Shown here: piece after piece, positions 12,694 through 25,918 of the stretch | Numbering within the stretch: the first letter of the stretch is position 1 | Layout: each line of letters begins with the position of its first letter | Assembly (NCBI GenBank): GCA_965603825.1 | Contig: CBFDEM010000062.1 | Location: forward strand, 558,001-622,000 | Reading direction: 5' to 3' | Length of the DNA: 64,000 bases | Source of the DNA: Blepharisma stoltei ATCC 30299 | Lineage: Eukaryota > Protista > Ciliophora | Notes under the pieces: model-generated | Told to the model about the DNA's origin: nothing | Seen by the model: the letters and a program-made list of their open reading frames with translations, nothing else | The model's database searches: none | Translations under genes and position numbers: made by a program

Positions 12694-13146
12694 AGAATTA
12701 TTAAGCCATTTTGATCTAATAAATATGAGCTTAAATATTTTAAGAAATTATAGATCATTACTATTCTGATCTGCTGGCATTATAGCCATTACAATTTTTT
12801 ATCTAAATGAAGGAAACTAGAAATTAGAGTTACAGCCCAATACAACTTTGGCATGGATTAATCAAATTACGAAGTTAGCGAGGCTGGCCAACCCCAACAA
12901 CTTCCACACCACAACTCGAAGAAAATGAAGCTCTCAAGAGACCTTGAAACTCTGCCTAACTAAGCACATGAAGAGCCCTACAGAAAAATCAAGAAGCTAA
13001 AAAATAGAAATTTGACATTATGGAAGACTCAATGTTTTGGATTGGTAGCAATTTATTTTTAGTTGTTAGGTTTTAGTTAATTTTTTGTATAGCTAATATA
13101 ATAATATATTGATTTTCTTAATAATTCAGAAAGTCCATAAATAAAT

Positions 13147-13720
13147 TAAGCCTTAAATGATTCTATAGATATAGTGTATATTGCAATGGCGATTCCTGGT
13201 ATCATGAATGATAAAAATGCACTTCCTGCTGCAAATAAAGCAGAACAAGCAAATAAGAGGCCCAATCAACAAACCCATTCCAGCAAAAATTTCCATAATC
13301 CCCATCACCTTAGTTAGCTCTCCTAATTAATCGCTTGCTAAAATTGTGTCTCCAGCTGTCATTCCACAGGCATATCCTATTCCTCCAATCATCCTTGAAA
13401 TAAAACTTAAAATATGTAAAGAAGGAGCGTCAAAAAATTTATAAAGCTAATTGCAATCATTGATCCAGCCATAAGCCAACTCCGAGTGTCAATATAAACC
13501 TACGACCGAATTTTGCATGCTGTTGCCTAAATATCAGGACACTACAAATGCAAAAATCGGGTCTAAACTAAAAATGAAGCCTATTGCTCAGAAAGGGATA
13601 CCTTTAGATTCAGCTATTTCAGGATAGAAAGGAGCAATAAATGTGTAAGAGCTGCAGCAGAGCAAACCTCCTATATAAATTGCTACCTAGCCAATTTTCT
13701 TTACCCAAATTTAAAGATGG
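13147..13720 (-). pseudogene. Fragmentary MFS transporter (SLC18B1-like) pseudogene
   Basis: Recognisable pieces FIAPFYPEIAESKGIPFWAIGFIFS and GIMEIFAGMGLLIGPLI, interrupted by frameshifts and stops; no clear start. Confidence 0.65.
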
Positions 13721-13727
13721 GGTTTTT

Positions 13728-13880
13728 AGTATTTAAAAGCATAGAAGTTTCTTTATTAACTAATTATTGTCTTAGCAGAGTATATTATATAGGGCGATTT
13801 ATTAATCTCTGACTCAAAATAGCATTAGCAGTTCGAATTTCTTCAAGTTCTTGTTGCATTTCTTTGGAATCGAAATCTAC
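13728..13880. repeat. ~150-bp degenerate direct repeat, copy 1
   Basis: gtttctttattaactaatt.ttgtcttagcagagtatattatata...ggaatcgaaatcta recurs at 15380-15530. Confidence 0.85.
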
Positions 13881-14249
13881 AGAATTTTCCAAACTACTTG
13901 CATCTTGATCAGTGCTTGAATCCTCTTGAGGCATGTATTTTTTCAACACTTTTAGAATTTCTTTTGAAGGCCTGGAATCATCAACTTGCTCCCCCAATCA
14001 CTGCTGCAGCTTATATTTCGCTTCTTTATATTTAAGACTGTTAGAATCGCCTTGCATATTATTTTTTTCATAATATTCGAGTAGCATCCTTAGCAAATCA
14101 GGATTATTGTGCTTTATAATAAATCAAAAAATTGCTCCGTTCTGAAAACTAATGTCGATGTTTGGATCTGCGTTCATAGCATCGGCAGCATCCACAATAT
14201 CGTTTTCCATACATGCTGATAAAAGCTCCATCCAATAATTGACCCTCAT
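13785..14249 (-). CDS. Small ankyrin-like helical protein (154 aa), possible bacterial origin
   Basis: ATG 14249, open through two TGA=W to TAA 13785. MRVNYWMELLSACMENDIVDAADAMNADPNIDISFQNGAIFWFIIKHNNPDLLRMLLEYY...KYKLQQWL. Confidence 0.7.
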
Positions 14250-15379
14250 TTTAATTTTATTTAATTTATTATATTAATAGCAAATGTATGGATCTAAGGA
14301 TTTGCAAATTCTTAAGGGATATTTATCTCCTACAAAACACAATTGCTAATTTTTACATTGTTCGAAACGTCTTTAATTAGCTCAGATGTTGAAATGTCCT
14401 CAATAAATTCTAAATCACTTATGTAAAAACCTATTTTTAGAGATATGCCTAGGCAGTCCCGATATTGGCTAGCATTTGGGCTAACATTATTTTTGCTAAG
14501 TGGTGAATAAATCCTTAATTCGTTTTCTGAACATTTAATTTCAACATTTAACCCTATAACCAGCTTATTTAGCTTGCTTGACAAATGCTTAGGAAGTTCG
14601 AGTTAGGGGATCAACTAGCAAATATGAATCGCTTGAGTTTTTAAAGAGTAAAATAACTTGAAGTTCAGGAATTCCGTTGGAATCAAAATTTATTTCGCCA
14701 GTATCACTTCTCGATATTATATCCAGTAGAGTTATTTTTCTTCCCACAGTGATAGCGTGCTTAATCAGCTGCCCCCTTCTGATGGGTGAAGTATAATTCC
14801 CGCTGCACTTTTAGACTTTGACCTTTCTTTGCTCCCAGAGGAGCTTGGATTTTTCATGCTTTCCTTTGCTCTTCATTCTTTTGGCTTGGATTTAGGGAAT
14901 TCTCATAATTGACTATACAGTTTTTTAATTTATTCAGATCTAAGCTGTAATGGCAGATTTTTGTTGCACCATTGCTAAATGATCTTTCACTTATCGACAT
15001 TTCCATACATTCGGTTTGGCTTTCATAGGTGCTTAATCTCGAAAGTTGTTCATTCTATTCATCAACTTTCTTTTCCATCAGACACATAAAGAATTATTTA
15101 AATATTTGGCGTCTCCTAACGAAAAAACTCGCTCTTTACGTCTTCACCTATTAGATTCGCATATTTATTGAGGATAGATTGGGAACTGCTTATTTTTTGA
15201 TAAGCTTTTGCATTCTTTGCGATGAGCTTAATGTCCCTTAAAAGAAATTGTTGTTATAGATCTCAACACCGCGGCGAAATGCTCCCTAAATCCTCTCTCT
15301 TGGCATTCTGTTTCTTCTGTTAAAGAAAGTTCCAAGTTCATTATTTTTATTCGAAGCCCCAAAAATTTTAATTCATTTA

Positions 15380-15530
15380 AGTATTTAAAATCAAAGCGTT
15401 TCTTTATTAACTAATTTTTGTCTTAGCAGAGTATATTATATAAGGCAATTTATTAAACTCTGGCTCAAAATAGCATTAGCAATTCGAATTTCTTTACGTT
15501 CTTGTTGTATTTCTTCGGAATCGAAATCTA
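15380..15530. repeat. ~150-bp degenerate direct repeat, copy 2 (orphan 3' end of the 13785..14249 gene)
   Basis: Aligns by eye with 13728-13880, with scattered substitutions. Confidence 0.85.
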
Positions 15531-15817
15531 AAGTTTTTTTTTTAAAATCAAGTCACAATCTATCTAATCATCAGATACAGTAAAAATTTGTATCTTGATT
15601 TTTTAAGTGTTTGTATTGTGGTCATTAAAATAGAGTATTGTTTCAGTTCTAAGCAATAATCAATGCTAATTGCTATTTAGCCTACTTTTAAAATTGACTA
15701 GAATCGTTATATTTGATTCTATTTAAGAATGTCTTTGAAGATAAATTTTAATCAAGCCTTATAAATTTTTCAAAAAATAGTTAAAATCCTAAGCCCCCTC
15801 AATGTAAATTTATTAAA

Positions 15818-17119
15818 ATGAGATGCTGAAAATCTGACTGCTACGAAAAAATAGAGGTATACTGTCCTCACGAAAAAAGCTGTATACTTTCCTGCTCTTT
15901 GCACATTGGGGCACACATTATTACAAAGTCAGAAGATGGGCACCATCCTGAAGCAATTTACTCTGATTCTGCTTGTGAAGGAAAATCACCTTTTATTAGT
16001 CATTTAGTTGCTGCTATAATGGCTTCATATAAAGCAAAAACAGAACTTATGAAAGAGTTTAAAGCCAAACTTTCAACTTTGGTTAATTTATATATTAGAG
16101 AATTTAAGCAAATTTCCTGTGCCCAATCTGAATTTATAGGTATGCTAAATCAGCTCATTCCAAGCTCCCAAATTCGTTCCTTATCTTTTGATGAATTTCC
16201 AAAAATAACAGGAAAATCATCTTTTATGTTTAATAATAAAATTAAGCCAATTGACAAAAGTAATGAAATCGAGCTCGAAGCATTTGAATATAGCGAAAGC
16301 ACAGATCAAAACGATTTAAGCATAAAAGCCCCAAATCCAAAAGAAAAAATAAACAAATCGCTGCCTCCAGAAATAGTTATATTTGACCATAATACAGATA
16401 AATTTCTCAAAATCAATCTAAAATCCCTTGAAGCAACTACAAAAAGTTTTAATTTGAAATCAGTTTCTCTTAAAGGACTTATCATATGTGAGATTCAAGA
16501 TAATAAGTACTTTTGCCATCACAGCAATAAGCTGGGATCGCGAACTTTTATAATTGACTTTGATGACCATATTAAATTTATCGAGTCGGGAAATTATTGC
16601 AGCGCAACTTATGCGTATTTCTATAAATATTCTGTGTATCTGTTTGGAGGAAAAAATTCTAATAACGAGCCTATGAGCCTTGCAATAAGGTTTCACACTG
16701 TAAATGAAAAGTGACAGAAAATAAGTCCGATCCCGAAGCCAGCAAGTTTTATTTCCTGCGTTTCTTCTCAATATAAATTGCTATTTTCTGGGTTTGAGCA
16801 TTCCAAGCTTTACTCTTACAGCATAAGAAGAGGAAATTACAATGAATTACTAGAATTAAAGCCAAATAGCCCCAAAATCCTTTGCAAATCCTCTACAACT
16901 ATTTTTGTAAGCGACTCGGATTATATTTGGAAAAGTGAAGTCAATTCTAACTCGGCAACATGGCAGAAGATTGGGAGGTCTCCAATGTTGCCACATTGAA
17001 GCTTATCTAATTATACATACTACGCAATGTCTATTTATTTTGTAGATGAAGAATTTAATATGTATCAATTCAATCTGAAGGAAATGAGCATGTCGAAGCT
17101 TGACTTTTCTATTATTTAA
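15818..17119 (+). CDS. B-box-like Zn finger + helical region + Kelch-like propeller protein
   Basis: ATG 15818 MRCWKSDC...YCPH...C..H...H. VYLFGG Kelch motif. TGA read-through, TAA 17117-17119. Confidence 0.75.
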
Positions 17120-17191
17120 AATAATTTAACATATTGGTAAATAACTTTTGTAAGGTTAATATAAAAATATGATAAATTTATATATCACAAC

Positions 17192-20100
17192 TTAAGATAT
17201 ATCTTGGACGCGTAGTACAAATTCATCATGCGACAAAAAATTTCTATTTGTGTTGTCGTAGTCACGGATTTCTTCGTCTAATTTTGACTTATTAACTGGA
17301 ATTGGTTGGATCTCTTCTTGGAGTGAAATTCGGCTCTCCATTCTCTCCCTTATAGATTTGTTGATCTCTGCAGCTGATATTTTACTTCCTAGAGAGAAAC
17401 GGAAGAATATTCCAATGTCTGGAGCTTTATCACCATATAGCAAGCTCGGACAATATTTCCATTGAATTAAAAGTCCAGAAACCAATAATGCAATCCAACC
17501 TATATACAATGAAGAAATCCAGAGGAAAATATTTCCTTCATATAGCTCGAGTCAAAATATTGAAGAAATCACAACGTTCCATAAAACCGCAAGATAAGAA
17601 ATCAGCACCCAGAGGTTCAATCTTTGGTAGTTATAAGGCTTCTTCTTCATACACCATAAGAAAAATACCAATAATGCAAGAAAATAAATAAAACCATATA
17701 AAGCTTGGTCTACAGGTTTTAACGCCTTATTCATGAAAACCAAAGCCACTTGAAAAACACTTTTCAGCATAAGATACGCTGGCCGTGTCTTTATTTTCAT
17801 CATGTCATCAGCGTGGTCTCAAAAGGGTCTATAAAACACAGCAAGTGGTAAATATACCAGCAAAGCAGCTATTGAAACAGCTGCCCAAGTGAGATGAGTG
17901 CCTTTCCAGCAATAAACTGTACAATCACTATGAACAAAGCTTTCATCTAAATCATTACCTATTCCTTCATTGCATTGAAATACACTTAAAAGCACTGAAA
18001 TTATAGGTAAGAAGCACGCATTTCCTATGAGTGGGATTCCCATTCTGACAATTCTGTCACTGTTTATGAAAGCTATTTTCCCAATAATCCTATTTTGAAT
18101 TGCAAAGGTTGGAATAATTGCGAAATAAATTCAGAGAAATATACCAACGACAGCTGAGGCAACATAAATCCAAAAGCTCTTTCCTACCGTTACCCAGCCG
18201 AAATTCAGCGCAGCATAATTAGCTAAAGTGTATGAGTAATTATCGAATTTTTTGATGTCTGGCCCCATAGAAAGGTACTGAAGAAAATCTGTATAAATCA
18301 TTCCCATCACAAGAAAATCGTCGAACTTAATTCGAGTTTTTTCAATAAGATCCTTGATTTCTATTCGCCATCATTTCTTTCAAATATAGTAAGTGATGAT
18401 TATGGTTGAAAGTAAAACTCCTGAGCCAACTCCGTATAAAACTGCAGACCCTTTTTCAGAATACTGTCTTAGACTTTTATCAAACGGACATCCGTCAGCA
18501 TAAACAATTTTTGCACTTGGAGTGCTTGTTTTATTATTATACCATATGATATCGTCGAAAAAGGTTATAAGCTGCTCACTTGAGAGATCATATGTGGCTA
18601 CCCACCAATCATACATGCTATCTGAGGTGCTATTTCACCTCATGTTGTAGATCCCAAATGCTATTACACTTCGTTCATTGCTGCCATTCTCGATTGAAAC
18701 AGTGCCTGAGCAGCCGACGAATCTTTGCTTTCTTAAATTTGCGTTCAAAATTTTGGAATCTTCAACATTTTCTCCTACATTTAGTGTAAACTTTATTCCG
18801 CTCATCAGCAGCATTACCGAGTCAAAGGAAAAGCATCTATTGGTTAGAGACCCTGGATAATTCGCAATTATTCCTTTTTTTACCTCTTTTCCAAGCTCTC
18901 CAACTCAATCTGCTTGATCTACCACAATGGATCCATATAGTAAATCGTAGAGCTTTGCTCTCTGCACAGGATCTTTTTCGATAACTAAATTTTCAGTAAT
19001 TCTTGACGGAAATATGAAAATCGCTTCTCCTCTTCTGAGTCCTGCATCATAAAAATCTTCAATAAAGTAAAATTCGTCTGGAATCATGATAAACATCACA
19101 AAAATGCGAACTTTCAAAGAAATCAGATACTCCATCAAAGGTTTATGCTTATCATACATTTCGTGCCTATAAGGGCTAGCCACGACCCTCTCTGTGTTCA
19201 CGATTTTTATATCTGATTTTTTAGTTTGATTCAAATAATATTCATAAGCCAGATTCGATCATGTATTATTTTGATAAATAACACATATACTTTTTCAGTC
19301 GAAGACTGAAGCCAGTGCAATAAAAGCTCCGGAGTTGTATCGAGAATCCTTCATGATTCTCATAAACTCAGGATAAGATTGCTGAGATGCCAAAACTCCA
19401 GCTGCTCCGTTTTCGGAAATGTGAGGGATTGAAACATTTAAAGCCCTTAATGAAACAATGTTTCCTACACATAGCAAAGGATATGAGGCAGAGATTAGAG
19501 CTATCCCAAGCTGCCTTCTTAGGCGCGCAAAACATTGAATTGAGAAACTTGCATTATAAACTTCTGCTCCGCAGTCAGTGTGTGTGATTGAAATCTGAAA
19601 ATTGTCTAGAAAATGTATCTTTTGCAAATAGCTAAAAGCGTATCTAGCCCCATCCTTCACAATATATGACGTCGAGCTATTAGTAGAGCCTGGATTTGTG
19701 ACTCCATCTGCCATAGATACTGTAATATTTGTATAAGGAGAATTGGGAGGAATTGTAGAATTCCCTGGAAAAAGAATTGGCCTGGTTAGAGTTAAATTTC
19801 CTGATGTAATGCTTCCTGAGGGGATTTTAGTTGAATTTAGAGTATTTATAAGCATGAATTTCTGAGCTGGGTGATGATTCACTGTGTTTTTTTCCAGAAG
19901 CTCTCTTATCGCAATATTCGAAAATTCGTTAAAAGAAATTACTTGACGAATGAATTTTTCAACAGCTAGGGCCTCATAATTATAATAGCTAGTAGAATTT
20001 TGAAGGCCTGATTCAATAACAGCTACAAGGCCACTTCCTTGGAGTCCTCAAACACTTTGACTTGCAAGTAAAACCCCAGTGCCTTGCGTTAATAAATTTT

Positions 20101-20719
20101 TTGATTTTAAACTTGAAATTATCTTTGTGGCGCCTTCTCCTTTGTTGAAAATTATAAAGTTTTTAATACCAGTTGGCTTAATTGCTTTACCTATCAATAG
20201 ATCAGCTGAATCTTGACTGCCCTCATCAGAAAAATAGAAATTATAAATGTCTTTCTTAAAAACCTCTGCAGATGTAGAAGCAGTCATTGGATCAAAATTT
20301 AGGTCTGAGATGACCACAAATTTTTCTCATTTGAAATAAGAAATTAAGCTAAAAATTGCATCAGCGTGGTCTGATAAAGGGTTGTGAATAAAAAACTCCC
20401 AAAAATCGTAATTATCACTTGGAGAAAAAGAGACCAAAATAAATTGCTTTTGCTTTGATAACTCTTTAAGAATCCGAGCGAAAGAAAGGCTAGAAGTGAG
20501 ATCCAGAGCGATAGCTGGGTTAACTTTTCGATTTAAAATGCTTAAGCTTGACTTAATTTCTGTTTGTCTTAAATCAATTTGGCTGTTGAGCTTTATTCTT
20601 AAATTGGTTGAAATGCTTGTCATAAGACTTGTGTCAGTGTGTGAACTAAAAAATATTTCAACTAGCAGTTGGCTTTGTACCAAGGCCACGAGAGTTAAAC
20701 TAGCTATAACTTTCACCAT
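17192..20719 (-). CDS. Double Venus-flytrap (ANF-receptor/PBP type 1-like) multi-TM receptor, copy 1 (1175 aa)
   Basis: Eight listed ORF pieces in one frame joined by TGA=W. Signal peptide, motifs HTDCGAEVY, IPHISE, YPEFMR, FVGCSGTVSI, and about 9 hydrophobic helices. Confidence 0.85.
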
Positions 20720-22085
20720 TATTATATAATACCAGTTTCATAATTTAAATTATTCAGCTTATAACACATATTGTCTAATAAAATTTTTTGAAAAGAACTA
20801 TGATTTTTCGAGCTTTAGTTTATAAACTTTTTAAGTTTAAAAATGCATATCAAGAGCTTGAGAAAAGAAAATGTAGTGGTTACATCTAAAGTCCCATTTT
20901 GTCCAGTGCACTATACAAAACAGTAAAATTATTAGCATTTCAAGTGCTTGAAGATATAAAAAAAACCGGCTAGATACTATTCTTTATATCTTTTTCTGAA
21001 AAAGTTCTATTTGAATTTGGTTAGAAAATTCGAAATTTTCAAGAAATAAATAAAGAATTAATAAATATGTAACTTTTTTATAGTTTGCTAGCTTTTCAAG
21101 AGCTTAAGTTAAAGAATAACATAAACAAAAATTATAAATCCAATTATTTAGCTGAAATTTAAAACTTTCTGGTTTAAATTTATTTCTGTTTTATTATTCT
21201 AATTGACAAATTTTCACAAATTTTCTATAATGATTAATGATCCAAAATCACTTATACTCCTTAAGCTTTCAGATTTTTATTTCAATAAATTTTTTTTCTT
21301 ATTACGCTGCTATATTTTCGAATTTCTTAAAATCAATGAAAAGAAAATTCTAGCCATTTTAAGCATGCTATGACTTCTTAGCAAAAGGTGAATTCAATAA
21401 GATAAGAAGAAATAACCTTACTTAAAAATCAGTAATTGACGTCCAAATAAGATATTATACAAATAAATGGCCTATTAAATAGAAAACATATGATAATCAG
21501 AAAATTAAAATTATACATTTTAGATGTTTTAAACTTTAAATCTCATAAGCTTTTGCTTGGAAAATAATTAAATTGGTTCAATGGTAAAATTTTGTAGTTT
21601 TACTTGCAGCATTTCTCTTTAAATTAGATTTTAGCATCTATTCGTCATATTCATTTGCCATTACCATATAAAATTTTTAAGCATTAGTGAAACCAAATTA
21701 TGAAAAATTGAATTTGTGTGCGCTCTATTTTATTGAAAATGCTCTTCAACGCTTAGCAATTTTAGACATAGACTCTGAAATAATCAAATTTTCTTTGTTG
21801 TGAAAGAAAGTAAATTCAAATCTAAATCTGTTAATAAAATATGGGTGCATAAAATTAGAGCTTCTTCAAAATAATCTTGTATGAGTAGCTTTAAATAAAG
21901 AAACGAATTAAGGGAAATTAGAAGTACTGCAGGGCGATTTGCAGCAGAATTATTATTAGCAACTATGCTAAGCCAATAAAAGATTCTTTCATAGCCTAAT
22001 TAAAATCGTAGAAATATTTTATGCCTTCAAGCACCATTATTTTTAAAACAAATTGACTATTCCTTATTCTATTAATTTTTATTAT

Positions 22086-25000
22086 TTATCTCTGATCAAT
22101 CAATCTATTCTCACTTGAACCTTTCTTTTGCTCAAAATCTTCACTTTGGCTTCTAGAAAGATCAATAGCATAGCCATGACTATTTAAAATGTTTTCCCTA
22201 CTATCATAAGCAAGATATTTTTTGTCAGATCTTTCTTTATTCCATCTATTAATTTCTTCAGCTTTAACTATGTGACCTAAGGAAAACTTGAACAATATGC
22301 TAATATCAGTCGCTTTTTCTGTGAAAAGTAAGCTTGGGTAGCGCTTATATTGAAGGAAAGCTCCTATCGTTATCATTATTCCCCATCCAATATATTGGAG
22401 AATGACCCAAGTTGATACTGATCTATAATAAAGAACCCAATATAGCGAAGATAAGGCCGCGCTTCAAATAATTGCACAGTAAGAAACAGTCGTTCAAAGA
22501 TTACACCTATCATAATTATAAGGCTTTTTCTTCAAGCAGAGATAAATAAATCCCAAAAATGCTATTATGTAAATCAGCCCATACAATGACTGATATTGTT
22601 TTTTTAATGTTTTATTTAAAACGATAATAAAAATCTGAAGCAAACTCTTAGCAATAAGGAATAATGGTCTTGTCTTAATATTGATATCATTGTTTGAATT
22701 ATCCCAGTAAGGTCTGAAGTAAATTGCTAGAGGCAAGTAGAGAATCAGCGCTATAATTGAGGAGATTGCATTACGTAAATGAGTTCCTTGCCAGCAAAAT
22801 ACAGAGCAGTCTTTTCTTACAAAGCTTTGGGAAAGATCATTGCCAATAGCTTGATCACATTGAATTACATTTAACAAAACAGATACAATTGGAAGAAAGC
22901 CAGCATTGCCAAGTATAGGCATAATTAATTTTGCAAAACTTCGAGAATATTGAAAAAAGAAATTATTGAATTTTCCTTCGAACTTAAATATAATGATGAA
23001 GCTGAAATAAACCCAAAAAATTAATGCTAATAGGACTGCTTCTACATAATACCAAAACTTTTTCCCTTCAGTTATTCATCCTAAATTAATAATAGCGTAG
23101 CTCGATAACCAGCTAGACAGTTTATCATATTCGCCAATATCAGGGCCTATTGCCAAATACTGCAAGAAATATAAGAATATCATGAGCATAGCAAAGTAGT
23201 CTTCAAGCTTTGCCAGCACTGGGGCTGTTAATTGGACAATATCAATATTTCACCATATCTTCGATATTAAAAAAGTAATAAAAGCCGTTACAATTATGAT
23301 ACCGAAACTTATCCCATAAAGGATCCCTGCACCTTTTGTGGAGTATTTAATTAATTTTTTATCAAAAGGACATTCGCCATCTGTAACAATATTAGACGGA
23401 ATAGAAGTGGCATTATTGTATCAACTGATGTTTTCAAAAAAATTAATAAGTTGGATACTTCCTCTATCATATTTTCCTACTAAATGCTCGTATAAAGATG
23501 ATATAGTTTGATTATATCTAATATTATATATTCCCATGATTGCTATGCTCCTGTCATTAGATCCCGGCTCAATTGAAACAGTGCCTGAGCAACCCGTGAA
23601 CCTTTGCTTCCTTAAATTCGTATTTAGTATTTTGTTGTCTTCTGGGTTTTCTCCTTGATATAATGTGAACTTAATTCCATTCGCAAGAAGCATTGCAGAA
23701 TCAAAAGAAAAGCACCGAAACACAACGCTTTCAGCAGTGGAGCCATATATTTTTTCGTAGCCATCTTTTATTTTCTTACCATACTCTCCAATTCAGTCTA
23801 ATTGGTCTATTAAAACTGACCCATACATTAATTCATTCAATTTCAAAACTTGTGTAGGATCAGACTCAGAGAGTAAAACATAAGCGACCCTATTATAAAA
23901 CATAAAAACTGCGTCCTCTCTTCTCATTCCAAGATCATAAAAATCTTCGATGAAATAGAATATACCAGGCGGAAGGATAAATAGGATATAAATTCTTACC
24001 TTCGTACTCAAAGCATCTTCCATTCAGTTTTTATATTTCGTCACATCTGTATGCTTATAATTAGTATTTATCATTCGTTGATTGGCATTATTGACTATGC
24101 TGATATCTGAGTTATTAATCAAACCTTCAAATGCTTTGTATGCAGCAAAGCTTCCAGGTGAGTTTTCATAAAACGAGATGACGCTTTTTCAGTTGAAAAC
24201 TGAGATCAGGCTAAAAATCACTCCTGCGTTATATCGGCTGTCTTTGTAAACTCTCATAAACTCAGGATATGCAGTTTCATTAGCTAATGGGGCGCCTGGC
24301 GTCAGATCTGAAATGTGCGGAATTGAAATATTTAGGCTTCGTAAGGAAATAATATTTCCAATGCAAGCGTTAGCATTATATGATGTTAAAAGTGCAATTC
24401 CAAGATTGTCTTTCAACTGCTTGAAGCAATTCAGAGAATATGTTTTGCTATAAACTTCAGCCCCACAGTCTGTATGAGTTACTTGAAACTCGAAGCCGTC
24501 TAAAAAATGTGTTTGATTAATATAGGATAATGCATAATTCGCACCCCATTTAATGATATGAGAATAAGGACTACTTTGAAAACCTGGATTTGTGACTCCA
24601 TCAGCCATTGAAATGCGGATATTTGTAATGATTGAATTAGGAATTAATGAAGAATTTCCAGGAAAAATAATTGGCAAATCCAATTTTAAGCTCTTTTTAT
24701 AAATTTCTCCAACTTTTACTGGCTGACCCTTTTGAATATTCACTAATGAAAATTTGGGAATAGGATGATGATTGACAGTATTTTCTTCCAAAAATCGCCT
24801 TAATTCGAGCCTGCTAGAGACATCACCAAATCCCAAAATAAAATTAACAAATTTTATACAACCCAAAACTTCATAGCTATTAGAGTCAAAGGAACTCTCC
24901 AATCCATCTTCAATAAAAGCTAAAATACCATCTTCCCTAATTCCCCATAAACTTTTGCTGCCTAAAATAATTCCGCTCCCAGCCACAAAAAGGTTTTTAT

Positions 25001-25610
25001 TTTTTAAACTTTTCACTAATTTTTCAGTGGTTTCACCAGTATTTAAAATTACAATATTTCTTACTCCAGTTATCTTTATTTCTTTTGCTATAAAGTTGTC
25101 AGATGACACTTGGCTTGCTGTATCTGCAATACTATGGAATAGAATGTTTTTATTTCGAAATCTAGATGCGAACTGATTTTGAATTTCATCAGAAATAACT
25201 ATGAATTTATCTCAATTTAAATAATCAGACAAAGTGAGCATTGCATCAATATGTGATCTCGCTGCTATGTGGGTAAAAAATTGCCAATCTGAATAAAAAT
25301 TTTTTGGGTTTTCGATACTAATTACAATCGATTGAGTTTCGGAGCTAAATTCCTTGATGCATCCTTCAAAATAAATGCTTGAGGTCAAGTCAAAAATTAC
25401 ATGAGTTTCTTCTCCTAAACCTGATAAATCTGTACAAGAAGAAACGTAATATTTTTTTAAGTTTATTTCTCCTCTTGTGAAGTATTGCTCAAGAGAATTT
25501 GATACAGCTTCAAGAAGGCTCATGCTTGTAAAGTTGCTATAGAATACTCCTATAAGAAGCTGAGAGAGAATAAGTGGCATCAAAAGGTAAAAAACCCAAT
25601 ACTTAATCAT
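22086..25610 (-). CDS. Double Venus-flytrap multi-TM receptor, copy 2 (1174 aa)
   Basis: ATG 25610 (MIKYWVFYLL). All pieces in one frame, same motifs as copy 1. Confidence 0.85.
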
Positions 25611-25918
25611 ATTTATTGATCGAAAAGAGTAGAAAAAAAACAATTAAAAAATTTTGTTATCTCAAAATCATAATATTAATTTATCTGTTATTGATTTTCC
25701 CTATTGCGTTTAAATTTAAAAGAGATGTTTCAAAATTCAAAAGGGTTATGTCTTTCATTGCTATCAATATAATTAAGTAATGATTAGAAAACATTAAAAA
25801 TTGCAATTATTTCTTTAGATTATTAATTAGTACCTTTATGTTGAAGAAATCATGCTATAAAATTAAAATAAATTATTAATCAATCTAGAGAATTTAAAAC
25901 CTATTCTTTGAAAGATTA

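Noticed and set aside
12800-13030. Coding-like purine-rich stretch
   Set aside because: Interrupted by TAA/TAG and no recognisable family; left as debris.
20720-22085. 1.4-kb AT-rich spacer as a possible IES or transposon
   Set aside because: No TIRs, ORF or empty-site comparison visible, so it cannot be supported from sequence alone.
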